NCBI RefSeq assembly: GCF_001194135.2
Contig: NC_068997.1
Location: forward strand, 43,143,811-43,188,230
DNA from: Octopus bimaculoides
Taxonomy: Eukaryota
DNA: 44,420 nt
Reading direction: 5' to 3'
How positions within the stretch are numbered: the first letter of the stretch is position 1; each line of letters starts with the position of its first letter. The translations under genes were made by a program, and so were the position numbers. Of this stretch, positions 24,617 through 36,339 are shown one piece after another. Below the pieces are notes generated by a model. It was given only the letters and a program-made list of their open reading frames with translations, was not told where the DNA came from and did no database searches.

Positions 24617-26010
24617 TATATGTAATGAACTCTCCCATCGAATATGACATATGAGTGTTCAGTTTTTGCCTAACGACCTGCACAAATGATTTGTTTATTG
24701 TAATCAAATGTTCGTGCCACACAATGGCTCACTTTCTCTATCAAATCGACGTCGACTAAACAGGCACACGGTGTACCACGCGTCTGCAATCGTGACTGCA
24801 GCACCCTAACCCCTAGGACGTACACACACACTCTCTCTCTCCCTCTTTCTATATATATCCCTTGTCAGTACATGAAAATGTGCTTTCTTGCGGCTCTAAG
24901 GGTTTTAACTCTTATTTCTAGCAATATAGGTGCTACCCGTAATGTGTATATACATATTTCAAGATTTATTGCTCTTTCATATATACTAAATCCAATCCAT
25001 CAACTATCCACGAACGTATTGCTTAAATACCCACTAGGTTTTGCCTTGTAACACAAATGGATAGACCAATTTGCATATTAAACACATCCCTGGCACTTGC
25101 TAATGAATATCGATCTGCTGACTGACGGTAAGCCACAATATCGGCTTGTAAATCTGTAATATACTTGGTAGTATATTATGATTTCAAAACGACATAGTGT
25201 TGCCTCATCAGAAATTAAAATTTACATACCAGTTGTCAGGAATGCGTTTAATATGCAAATTGGTCTATACAGTTGCGTTACGTCGCTTAAGTTAGTCGGT
25301 ATTTTAAGCAATGTGTTCGTGGATAGTTAATGGATTAGATGAGGTACTGAGGAATTACAGTGCTGGCTCTGAATTCAATTGAAAACCTACAGAAATAAAC
25401 TTAAAAGTATGTATGTACATGTATATACATCTTCACTCTCTCTCCATATATATATGTATTACTTGATATAAGCTAAGCATGAAACTGAAAGTGACGATGT
25501 ATTGTCGCTGACATACTATATCATTACTGTATCATTATATTTATATTTGTGCGTGCGTATATGTGTGCTTGTGCGTATGCAAATCTCACATACGTACGTA
25601 AATATTATATATACATTCGATTTTATATCATACGTTAGACTTGGTTAAATATGGCTGTAAAAGATGGTGGCAGTTGAATTGATTGAGATGTGTGGGCTCG
25701 ATTTCCCCAAAAAATGTAATTACCAGTATAGATTACCATACACTCAAAACAGATACAGACTCATTCGCATGTACAAACACACCATATAACAATACGCACT
25801 TCAACACGTTCTACCCTAATACACATGTAGATATTCAAATGATGTTCTAAAATAGAAGACTAGTCATTTGAAATAAACGTCAACAATATTAGTAATGAAA
25901 CTATTTGGTTGAATAAATGATCTTCTTATCGTTTGCTTTTATTGAAAAATTCGTTATACTGTCCAAAGTTTATGGCGTCTTTAATACATAATTGTGACTG
26001 CGATATTATC

Positions 26011-26062
<52 letters not shown>

Positions 26063-26676
26063 ACACACATTTATGTGATTGAGTATACATGTATGTGTGT
26101 CTGTTTGTATGTACGCATACATACATGTATATATTTGCCTACACAAATACACACACTTATATGGATGTATAGAGACAAATATATATATANNNNNNNNNNN
26201 NNNNNNNNNNNNNNNNNNNNNNNNNNNNNNNNNNNNNNNNNNNNNNNNNNNNNNNNNNNNNNNNNNNNNNNNNNNNNNNNNNNNNNNNNNNNNNNNNNNN
26301 NNNNNNNNNNNNNNNNNNNNNNNNNNNNNNNNNNNNNNNNNNNNNNNNNNNNNNNNNNNNNNNNNNNNNNNNNNNNNNNNNNNNNNNNNNNNNNNNNNNN
26401 NNNNNNNNNNNNNNNNNNNNNNNNNNNNNNNNNNNNNNNNNNNNNNNNNNNNNNNNNNNNNNNNNNNNNNNNNNNNNNNNNNNNNNNNNNNNNNNNNNNN
26501 NNNNNNNNNNNNNNNNNNNNNNNNNNNNNNNNNNNNNNNNNNNNNNNNNNNNNNNNNNNNNNNNNNNNNNNNNNNNNNNNNNNNNNNNNNNNNNNNNNNN
26601 NNNNNNNNNNNNNNNNNNNNNNNNNNNNNNNNNNNNNNNNNNNNNNNNNNNNNNNNNNNNNNNNNNNNNNNNNNNN

Positions 26677-26760
26677 ACGGAAAAAGTTGTCAACAGGCGG
26701 CCACGGGGAATCGAACTCCGTAACATTTTTCCATCTTCTAAAGGAAAATATCCATTCTTA
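26677..26760 (-). other. Repeat fragment with a Pol III B-box-like motif
   Basis: Minus strand GGAGTTCGATTCCCCGTGG; no full tRNA cloverleaf; starts at a gap edge. Confidence 0.3.
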
Positions 26761-27865
26761 CTGTACTATTTTCACAGCTATACTGCGGTCAAAAATTAAT
26801 TTCTTACCTCTAAAATGCCAACACTTTCGGCCCTTCCAAAATTTGTTCGCACGTACGTATATCTCCACACACACACACAGACACAGACACACACACACAG
26901 ACACAGACACACACACACACACAGACACAGACACACACACACACACTCATGTAGACATACACACACACTCATATGCACACATATACACTCATACGCACAC
27001 ACACACATACATATACACACACACACACATGCACACATACGCACATACGCACATACACACATGCATTCCCACCCCATCATACGCACACATGCAAACACAT
27101 ATATACACACACACACGCAGAGCCACACCCACCCACTCATACACTTTTCATCTCCTTCGAATGAATCAAACACCAGCTACTAACCTCCTCGTTGACACGC
27201 TCATCAGCCTATCAATATAACAAACAATGCAATATTAACTAATTAATTTATGATATTAAGTACTCTGTGAATCCACCGTATTTAACAACACTACGCTTCG
27301 CATTTACTGCGATGTAAATATAATAAGACAATAAGAATAGAGATATTGTTCACATTATGTTACAACAGTTTCCACAGAATGGTTATTTATTAATTACCTA
27401 AGTTTTTTAAATACTGGACTAAACTTTGAATCTTTGAACAAAACAAAGGATTAAATCCAATAAAACCAAAAATAACTAAAACTAATAGCACATGCTATAC
27501 CAACCTGCTAAAAGAGACACACCTAAATAGTCATACCTGCTTACAAACAACATAATCTCAAATTTAATCAATAAAAATTTCTCCAAAACACCGCTTCATA
27601 ACAATCCACCCTGCAACCTAATTACCACTTCACTCAAACCCACATATCCAAGGAAGATTTTAACTCAGCAGATACTGTATAAAGCCAAGATTAACTTCAA
27701 TGCATCGCAGTCCGACGATGGCTAAACGGGCCAAGACTTTGAAGCCACTGTCAACATTATTCTTGTTGAAGAACAATAAATTTTTACTCTACAAAAGTAT
27801 AGTGTAATCTATCAGATTAATGTAAAATTGCTTTTATTATAACTGAACATAAAACCGACATTGAT

Positions 27866-27930
<65 letters not shown>

Positions 27931-28526
27931 TAAAACAGAAAATTGTATTCAGAGAATGAAGCAGAAGTCACAGCACGCACTCATGCAAGGAATCGGCTAT
28001 TAGTTTACATAGTAATTAAATTACGATATAGTTTGACTTGTCCAGGGAACCGAAAATCCAGGAGATGCAAGCAATAAATGTGATTATCATTCACCTTGAG
28101 TGGGATTAATAATGATCATAAAATCACAAGATATAAGAGGTGAATGCAGATTTATTACTGCCATACGATTTCCATATGGTTACACCCGTTTCGTAATCGC
28201 AATGTAATATTATCGGTTTCACAACTCGAAAGTGTATACGTAAATTTTACATCAATATACATATTTAGCTTTATATAATACAATATAAGAATATACATAC
28301 GCACATATGCACATACACACACAGGAGCACGCAAGCACACCACGTACAAACACACAAATAAATACACACACTTACACGCGCACGCACGAAAATAAAATGC
28401 AGTATTATACGAACATGCATCCAACACATGCATACACGTTTTATAAGAGAACAAAAAATAAAGTGAAAATTAAGAAAATTAGAAAAATTAAGGAATAAGA
28501 TATAATGAAGGAAAAATTAAATCATA

Positions 28527-28527
28527 C

Positions 28528-28600
<73 letters not shown>
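28527..28600. repeat. (AAT)n perfect array, about 24 units
   Basis: Direct reading. Confidence 0.98.
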
Positions 28601-28603
<3 letters not shown>

Positions 28604-28917
28604 GCTAAATAAATAATATTAATTTTATCTATTAGTTATAATTATCTATAAGTTATTATGCAAGAAAGCCCATCTCTGGCCCTGGGGTACCTCTCTAGTT
28701 TCTCTTTAAACTTATAATGATATTTTCTTTACATTGAAATGATGATGCGTAACCAAAATATCATAATGGAATACTAATGAGGTACTCCCACAGCCTCAGA
28801 AAGATTTTCTTACATAATCATTTTTAGATAATGTAAGTAATAGATAAAATTAATCTACTTAATGCTGCTCATTAAGCACACTCATCTACTATGCCTTCAT
28901 AGTATTTGTCTTGGCTA

Positions 28918-29405
28918 GGGCGGCGAGTTGGCAGAAACGTTAGCACACCAGGCGAAATACCTAGCGGTATTTCGTCTGCCGTTACGTTCTGAGTTCAAAT
29001 TCCGCTGAGGTCGACTTTAACCTTTCATCCTTTCGGGGTCGATAAATTAAGTACCAGTTACGCACTGGTGTCGATGTAATCGGCTTAATCCCTTTGCCTG
29101 TCCTTGTTTGTCCCCTCTATGTTTAGCCCCTTGTGGACAATAAACAAATAAGAAACGTTAGCGCGCCGGGCGAAATGCTTAGCGATATTTCGTCTGTTTT
29201 TACGTTCTAAGTTCAAATTCCACCGAGGTCGACTTTGCCTTTCATCCTTTCGGGTTTGATAAATTAAGTACCAGTTACGTGCTGAGGTCNNNNNNNNNNG
29301 GGTTTGATAAATTAAGTACCAGTTACGTGCTGAGGTCGGTCTAATCGACTAGCCCCCTCCCCAAAAATTTCGGGCCTTTTGCCTAGAGTAGAAAAGAATA
29401 TTATT
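28918..29405 (+). mobile_element. Dimeric SINE-A (two monomers with different tails)
   Basis: Monomer 1 28918-29150 ends in TTTGTCCCCTCTATGTTTAGCCCC. Monomer 2 restarts at AGAAACGTTAG and ends CCTAGAGTAGAAAAGAATATT. A 38-bp duplication spans the N10 gap. Confidence 0.93.
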
Positions 29406-29542
29406 TCATTTTATCTTATCGTATTCTCCTATCTTTTTTTATTTCTCCCTATTTTAATTTTTATATTTCATTTTTATCGCCAATTTTCTTATGATACTTG
29501 TATGTGTGAGTTGTAAACACGTCTGTGAATTACTGCTCCTTT

Positions 29543-29574
<32 letters not shown>

Positions 29575-29577
<3 letters not shown>

Positions 29578-30306
29578 CTCATACCGACATTTGGGCGACT
29601 TGATTGGGCGCTTGAGGAGATCCAAGCCATTGATATGAGAAACTGGAAGATACTGACCGGCACCAATAATTTTCACACCAACACTGACGTAAATCACCTC
29701 TACCAAAAACGTAAACAAGAGGGCAGAAGTTTAACATTGATTCAGACAGCTTTTGAATGTCATATCATATCACTTCGGCAACATCATTTAACTACAAAGC
29801 CTCGTAGTGCATCCATTGACCAAGTTTGCATACACGAAGCAGATAATATTATGAAACTTCAAAAGTAGCTCCTTGAGAAATATTCCCTGTCTGATAATCC
29901 ACAATACATGCCCAAAGAAGTCACACGACTCTACTGCAGCACATCCTCGAATAAATGGATGAGTGTACAACCGCAGAAGATGATGCACGGATATATTAGC
30001 AGAAAGCTCCAGGTTGGCAGTACCAGTGATAATAAAAGCAGTCTATCGTAGACCAACTGGATCACTAACTCTCACTTTGAAGTGTATACATTTGCAATCC
30101 TGGAACAATAAATAACTACCAAATTCCTGATGCAAAAAAGATAAAGAGACATAGGAAAAACACCGAAATGTGATAACCGATGCAGACTGTGTGAAGATAC
30201 CACCAACTTCGTGAGTAGTTGTCTGAAAATGTCATGGCGTTATTGTCTATCCATGAGATATGATGCTGTAGCCAAGACAGTGCACAATGAGATTCGTCAG
30301 GAAGAT
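29575..30306 (+). pseudogene. R4/Dong-like (RLE) non-LTR retrotransposon fragment, post-RT region to zinc knuckle
   Basis: One frame with 4 stops: ILIPTFGRLDWALEEIQAID...FHTNTDVNHLYQKRKQEGRSL...KMMHGY...SHFEVYTFAILEQ*ITTK...CDNRCRLCEDTTNFVSSCLKMSWRYCLSMRYDAVAK. These are recalled RLE-class motifs (FH..SD...LY..R..GGRGL, HG.Y, CRxC...H..S.C, RHD). Confidence 0.85.
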
Positions 30307-30395
30307 AGATAGATAGATAGACTGATAGATAGATTTAGATATATAGATATAAATATATAGACATATGTATGTAGGTATGTGTGTATGTATGTACG

Positions 30396-30461
<66 letters not shown>

Positions 30462-30759
30462 CATACGTATATGTCTTTATAAAACATAAAAGCAGACTGT
30501 TGCCATAAGTATGCAAAGTAAATGTCTAGCTGGAACTATGCCTAATATTGTACAAATAGCTGAATAATTGCTTTAATCAAATCTACTTCTGTAGTTCTAG
30601 CTAGACTGAAATACTACCATTACTTTCTGTTGTTTCTATGCATGTTTATCTGACATATATAGACATATAACACATACACATACACATATACATATACATG
30701 TACATATACATATACGCATGCAGACATATTCATGTATAAGTAAATAAAAATGTGAATGG

Positions 30760-30947
30760 CTTTCCGTCGGTTACAACAATGAGCTCTTGAATTTTTTTCT
30801 TTCAACAATTCGGCCAAGTCACTTAATCACCGTACAAATGGCTGAGTGTACCTGTGAAACATGTGTGCCTTTAACATAACTTTTAGGGCGTATGACGCAA
30901 TCATATGTAAACAAGGTTAGTTTTTTAATTGCTGGTACAACCCATCT
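30760..30947 (-). mobile_element. Decayed SINE-C 3' half
   Basis: TCCGTCGGTTACAAC, GTACAAATGGCTGAG, ACAAGGTTAG and GGTACAAC align with the reverse complement of 21230-21415. Confidence 0.7.
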
Positions 30948-31127
30948 GTAGGACCTTCAAACATTTTGCGTTTACTCAATTTTATTGGCAAGACTTGTCT
31001 GACTGAAGGCTATTGTAAGCGTGCAGAGTGTTCACGAAGCGATATCAAACCGAAATTTCAACATTGCATAGCGAGCTTTTTAGCCATTGCATCTCACTAC
31101 CTCACTTTATTCTCAAACTCATTCTCT

Positions 31128-31228
31128 CTCTTTCTCTATCTCTCCCTCTCTATCTCTCTCCCTCTCTATCTCTCTCCCTCACTATCTCTCTCCCTCTCTA
31201 TCTCTCTCCCTCACTTTCTCTCTCTCCA
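31128..31228 (+). repeat. 16-bp pyrimidine minisatellite TATCTCTCTCCCTC(T/A)C
   Basis: About 6 units, two variants. Confidence 0.9.
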
Positions 31229-31256
31229 GGGATATATATATATATATATATATATG

Positions 31257-31754
31257 CAGTTTACGAGGACACGCTTTACGAGAGCTCGGATTCACGAGTT
31301 TTATATTTCAAGCACAAGGTCCAAATTTTGAATTAAGTGAAATAACAAATGCTTCAGCATGCTACTAAGAAATTTGTAGAGATCGAAAAATGCTTCTCTG
31401 CAAACAACTCTAGACATTTTTTTTTAAAGAAACCTACAAGTTCGTCTACGAGTGCTTGTGAAACGGTGGTCGCGTCTACAAGATGATGTGCGCAAGTCTA
31501 CTGCGAGTCAGTGATTCAGAAAACGATTATAATAATATTTTTTTATTAGAAATGATCTTAACATTCTTTTTACTTTATGTAAAATTTTCTTTACATTCTG
31601 CAGTTCTTTTACTGCTATTTATTTACGTTTATTATAAATGTTATAGGTAAAATATTTTCTGGGAACAAATTACGATTTATAACGTTCTACTATGGAAAAC
31701 CATTGCTCTGCTTTACCAGCGGTTTTCGGGAACAAATTAACTCGTATATCGAGG
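31257..31754 (-). mobile_element. Tigger/pogo-like MITE
   Basis: Minus strand begins CCTCGATATACGAGTTAATTTGTTCCCG...TTTTCCATAG, like Tigger-type CCTCGACTTACGAACTTAATTCGTTCC. Repeated TACGAG at the other end; (TA)n on both flanks. Confidence 0.55.
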
Positions 31755-31872
31755 CATATATATATAAGCTTATGAATATGCATGTGTAATGTGTATACAC
31801 ACACACACATACACACACACATGCAGATACATTCCGACATATATATATATTATAGTTTCTTTGCATCACCAT

Positions 31873-32017
31873 TAACTTATCGGTTCGGCAATAGAGGCTG
31901 ATAGAATAAGTACCAGATTTTAAAAACATAAGTACTGGGGTCGATTTATGCAACTAAACTCTTCAAGGCAGTGCCCCAGCATGAGCGCTGCCTAATGACT
32001 GAAACAAGATAAATAAC
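31873..32017 (+). mobile_element. SINE-B, 3' part
   Basis: CGGTTCGGCAA..GATAGAATAAGTACCAG..AAGTACTGGGGTCGATTT..CCCCAGCATG..AATGACTGAAACAAG. Confidence 0.88.
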
Positions 32018-32242
32018 ATATATACATACATACATACATACATATATATNNNNNNNNNNNNNNNNNNNNNNNNNNNNNNNNNNNNNNNNNNNNNNNNNNN
32101 NNNNNNNNNNNNNNNNNNNNNNNNNNNNNNNNNNNNNNNNNNNNNNNNNNNNNNNNNNNNNNNNNNNNNNNNNNNNNNNNNNNNNNNNNNNNNNNNNNNN
32201 NNNNNNNNNNNNNNNNNNNATATATATATATATATATATATA

Positions 32243-33432
32243 GTTGAGGTGTATTCCGTTAAGAACGTATTAGGATATAAAATAGAGCTCGCCCTTAGCT
32301 TCCACAACGGCCTCAAGACTATTCTGGTGCCTGGTACATGTTTTCTTTATTGTGTCTCTAGGAAGGTCTTCAAACACCGTCTTGATCTTGACCAGCTCCG
32401 CCTTGCTGCTGCGGGTAAAGCGCATGGTGTCTTTCTCAAGCGCGTCTCACATATAAATAATCTATGGGATTACAACTGGAGGGAATAAGGAGGCCAGAAA
32501 TTGTGACTGGTAATGTTGTAGAAATTCTCCTACAACCACATCTGACCATTACTCCTACAACTTGCCATACCTTCTACAACCACATCTGACGGAGGTATGG
32601 CAAAGACCCAAATCCTGTTGCCACACACGTTCTTCCAGCAGCGATGCAATCATCTCCAGCTTCGCGTAGCCGTCTGAGTTGAGACTTAGGGCTTTTTCCG
32701 AAGATGTAGAGCAGCATAACGTCACTCTCACTGGAGACATACCCAAAGATCATCACGGTTTGGAAGAACTCGGTTTTCATGATACGTGAGACATCACATG
32801 GATAGTTAGCAGGCCATTGTTGTTCTTTTCATCTTAGAAGAACCAGACCATCCCCAGCTCAACAGACTATCTCAGCTTGTTTAGGAACTACTTTGCTTTT
32901 GTCAAGCAGTTCTCCTTGGCCTTGGCTGTCAGAATTTGTCCCGTGTGCCTCTTGTACGAGTGGTATCGAATGTCTTCATTGAGGGCTAGTTTCATGGTGG
33001 CGAGTTCAACACCTATCTCTCTTGCCAAAGAAAGGATTCTTATGTTCGGATCTTCCATCACCTTGACCTATAATTGTTGAATGAATTCTAGTGTGCAGAC
33101 GTAATCAGAACGCCTGTTGTATCTCTTCCTGCTGGTCACAGCTTTGTTGTCTCCGTTGCGTCTGTTGGTGTAACGTTTTACAGCCTCTACAGCGTTCGCA
33201 GCGTATTGAGCAGCAGTCATGAGGCATTTTGATGCCCGGCGCGAATCATCATGATAGAGGTAACTCCTTTTCGATATTCAGATGGCTTCCAGTCCTCCAT
33301 GTCAGCCAACTTTTTCTCAACTACAGCTTTAATCTTTATGCTTTCCAACACTGTTGATTGTTTACCAATACATGAAGCTGATCCTGGGAAAGGGAGAGAT
33401 TAAAAATCATCGAATTTAACCCGAACATCTTG

Positions 33433-33434
<2 letters not shown>
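32243..33434 (-). mobile_element. DD37D (maT/Bmmar1-like) transposon; transposase pseudogene 33300 to 32270
   Basis: Minus strand: MEDWKPSE...EFIQQL*VKVMEDP..ILSLAREIG..EDIRYHSYK..GQILT..WFF*DEK..MKTEFFQTVMIFGYVSSESDVM..WQQDLGLCHTS..WPPYS/CNPIDY..LEAVVEAKG. The third catalytic residue is D. TIR-like CAAGATGTTCGGGTTAAATTCG lies next to a TA; the 3' TIR is not seen. Confidence 0.9.
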
Positions 33435-33464
<30 letters not shown>

Positions 33465-33503
33465 CATACATACATACATACATACATACGAGTACATACA
33501 TAC
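33435..33503. repeat. (TACA)n array
   Basis: Direct reading. Confidence 0.97.
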
Positions 33504-33505
33504 GT

Positions 33506-33806
33506 AAGAGAAAGAGGACATCTATGGACAATTGACAAAGCGCTTGCAAACCTAGTACCCAAGATACACTTTCAGTTTCATACTCATTATTATCGGAGCA
33601 ACACGATATACACCAACCCGCCTGGAGCAAAGTATGGCTGAACTTGGAATCTTGCTGAGAAAATGCAAACCCTTAATTCATACGCTTCAAATGGTCACGA
33701 TATCTGGGACTACAAAAATCTGCAAGACCTTCTTAAGATTTCAAGAATGACGGTTAAATCAAGATACTTTCCTTCACAACCTTGCTACCAAGTCGGTGGC
33801 CAGTCA
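33506..33806 (+). mobile_element. R4/Dong-like element 3' end (RLE C-terminus, stop, short 3' UTR)
   Basis: EKEDIYGQLTKRLQT*YPRYTFSFILIIIGA...ELG...KPLIHTLQMVTISGTTKICKTFLRFQE* (TGA 33748-33750) matches the recalled RLE C-terminal pattern K...Y..L......YP......IIIGALG.....L..LG......LQ.....GT.KI.KTF. Confidence 0.85.
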
Positions 33807-33844
33807 ATACATACATACATATACACGCATACTTGCATTTACGT

Positions 33845-33923
<79 letters not shown>

Positions 33924-34256
33924 CGGATAGGATATTTGTGTGTGATGTGTTTGCGCGGGCGTGCTTGTATGTGTGTGGAGGGTGAGTTATGTACGTTCAT
34001 GTTTCATCAGCGGAATGTAATTCGCTGTTCGTCGAATAACGTGCGTATGGAAAAGAGAGAGATAAATTGTGTGGGTGTATAATGCCAATACGATGATTGA
34101 TTAATCATCATTGAATCAAATAAATTAGACAACTCGTGTTGTCTCTAAGTTTCAAAAGTTTGCACGACCGGATGTGGGGAACATTGATGTTCTCGATTTC
34201 TGGATAGTTTATAGGTGTGTATGTGTGTATACGAATACACACATGCGCACGCACGC

Positions 34257-34300
<44 letters not shown>

Positions 34301-34375
34301 AATGTATGCCTAGCATGCTATATATGCTGGCATATGTGTGTGTGTATTTGTTAGTACGTGCATATATATATATAT

Positions 34376-34426
34376 AATGTTTGAATGTCTGTATGTGCAA
34401 TTATGTACAAAACATACGCTTGTATG

Positions 34427-34499
<73 letters not shown>

Positions 34500-34947
34500 N
34501 NNNNNNNNNNNNNNNNNNNNNNNNNNNNNNNNNNNNNNNNNNNNNNNNNNNNNNNNNNNNNNNNNNNNNNNNNNNNNNNNNNNNNNNNNNNNNNNNNNNN
34601 NNNNNNNNNNNNNNNNNNNNNNNNNNNNNNNNNNNNNNNNNNNNNNNNNNNNNNNNNNNNNNNNNNNNNNNNNNNNNNNNNNNNNNNNNNNNNNNNNNNN
34701 NNNNNNNNNNNNNNNNNNNNNNNNNNNNNNNNNNNNNNNNNNNNNNNNNNNNNNNNNNNNNNNNNNNNNNNNNNNNNNNNNNNNNNNNNNNNNNNNNNNN
34801 NNNNNNNNNNNNNNNNNNNNNNNNNNNNNNNNNNNNNNNNNNNNNNNNNNNNNNNNNNNNNNNNNNNNNNNNNNNNNNNNNNNNNNNNNNNNNNTATATA
34901 CAAACGTGTGTCTTGTGCATAATTGCACATACAGACATTCAAACATT
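34376..34947. repeat. ~53-bp inverted repeat (34376-34430 / 34895-34947) around (TA)n(TG)n and a gap
   Basis: Outer 30 bp are perfectly complementary; 5 transition differences in the inner part. Confidence 0.93.
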
Positions 34948-35029
34948 GACTGAAAAAAGCCCCAAATCATTAATCCAAGTATTATTTTTTTTCCACAAAC
35001 AATAGAATGACAGTGTCATACTTATGCTT

Positions 35030-35071
<42 letters not shown>

Positions 35072-35111
35072 TAGACATACGAACGCACGCACATACGCGT
35101 GTGCGCTCACG

Positions 35112-35312
35112 CTCACACATATGTGTCTAAGTGTGTGTATACATATACAATGGGTGTATAACTCTTTCCTTTCATCTGTGTATAAATTTGTGTGTGTGTG
35201 TGTGTGTGGTGAATGGAGGGTGCAGGTATGCTAAGTTACAGAGGTATAAACAAACCAACACCCGTTGTCAAGCGGTGGTGTGGGACAAACACAGATATAT
35301 ACATACATGCAA

Positions 35313-35343
<31 letters not shown>

Positions 35344-35657
35344 AACACATGCACGTATACGACGGGCTTCTTCCAATTTCCGCTCACCAAATTTACTCAC
35401 GAGGTTTTGGTCGACCCGAGTCTATAGTAGAAGACACACACCTAAGGTTCCACGCAAAGGTAGTGAACCCAGAACCATGTGTTTGGGAAGCAAACATACC
35501 GCACAACCAGACACGCGCGCACGTGCACGAACATACACATACATATATACGCACTCACACATGCGCACACCCTCACACATATGTGCCTGTAAGTCTGTGT
35601 ATACATATGCAACGGGCATATACCTCTTTTTTCGTCCACCTGTGTATAAATGTTTGC

Positions 35658-35697
<40 letters not shown>

Positions 35698-35714
35698 AGG
35701 TTGCAGGTGTGCTG
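35112..35714 (+). repeat. Direct duplication (35112-35233 / 35572-35714) flanking a SINE fragment
   Basis: Shared CTCACACATATGTG..AAGT.TGTGTATACATAT.CAA.GGG..CTGTGTATAAAT..(TG)n..TGGAGG.TGCAGGT.TGCT. Confidence 0.85.
35229..35512 (-). mobile_element. SINE-B, 3'-truncated
   Basis: Head to TGCTAAGTTAC present, with an internal (CA)n. Confidence 0.88.
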
Positions 35715-36339
35715 ATCCAAATGATTGAAAGAGGTTATTATACCTTTCTGTGTATTGCTAAAATGCTCATGCCCTTGTCAACTAAATCTTATTTTGCAGT
35801 TATTTCTAATTTATTACGTTCATTCCTAACTTAACCTATTTGTTCCATTATTTATCTATAATTTTCCGTAGGCGTCTTTGATCACAGCTGTAACCAATCT
35901 AAACAATACAGTTTCGATTACAGTACTTGAGAGTAAGATATAACCTTTAGAATCAAACACAGCATATTTTATTTATCGAATTCTCAGCATCGTGTGTATA
36001 TATCAACTGAATACTAGTAACAAAGGATCCTATTGTTGATATCAAATGGTTTTAAATTTTAGCAATATCATAGAATAAGCGTTGTGCTCTTGATAAATGA
36101 TTTATTTTCCCTCCTTCTTTTTTCATCGTATTAGAACTCTCAAAATAACACGTACATCTTCCGACATCCCTTCTGACAACTGAATATTTAGTTATTGGAA
36201 CAAAATAGCCATCATAGTAGTACATATATCTGTGTGTGTGTGCGTGAGTGAGTGTGTCTTTAAGGGTGTGTGTGTGTGTGTGTGAGTGTGTGTGTTTGAG
36301 ACTGTGTGTGAGCGTGTGCGTGTGTGTGTGTGTATGTGT

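Noticed and set aside
26695-26725. tRNA gene on the minus strand
   Set aside because: Only a T-arm/B-box-like motif; no D-arm or anticodon arm can be built.
29252-29337. Internal 38-bp tandem duplication in the dimeric SINE
   Set aside because: Exact copies on either side of a 10-N gap indicate contig overlap.
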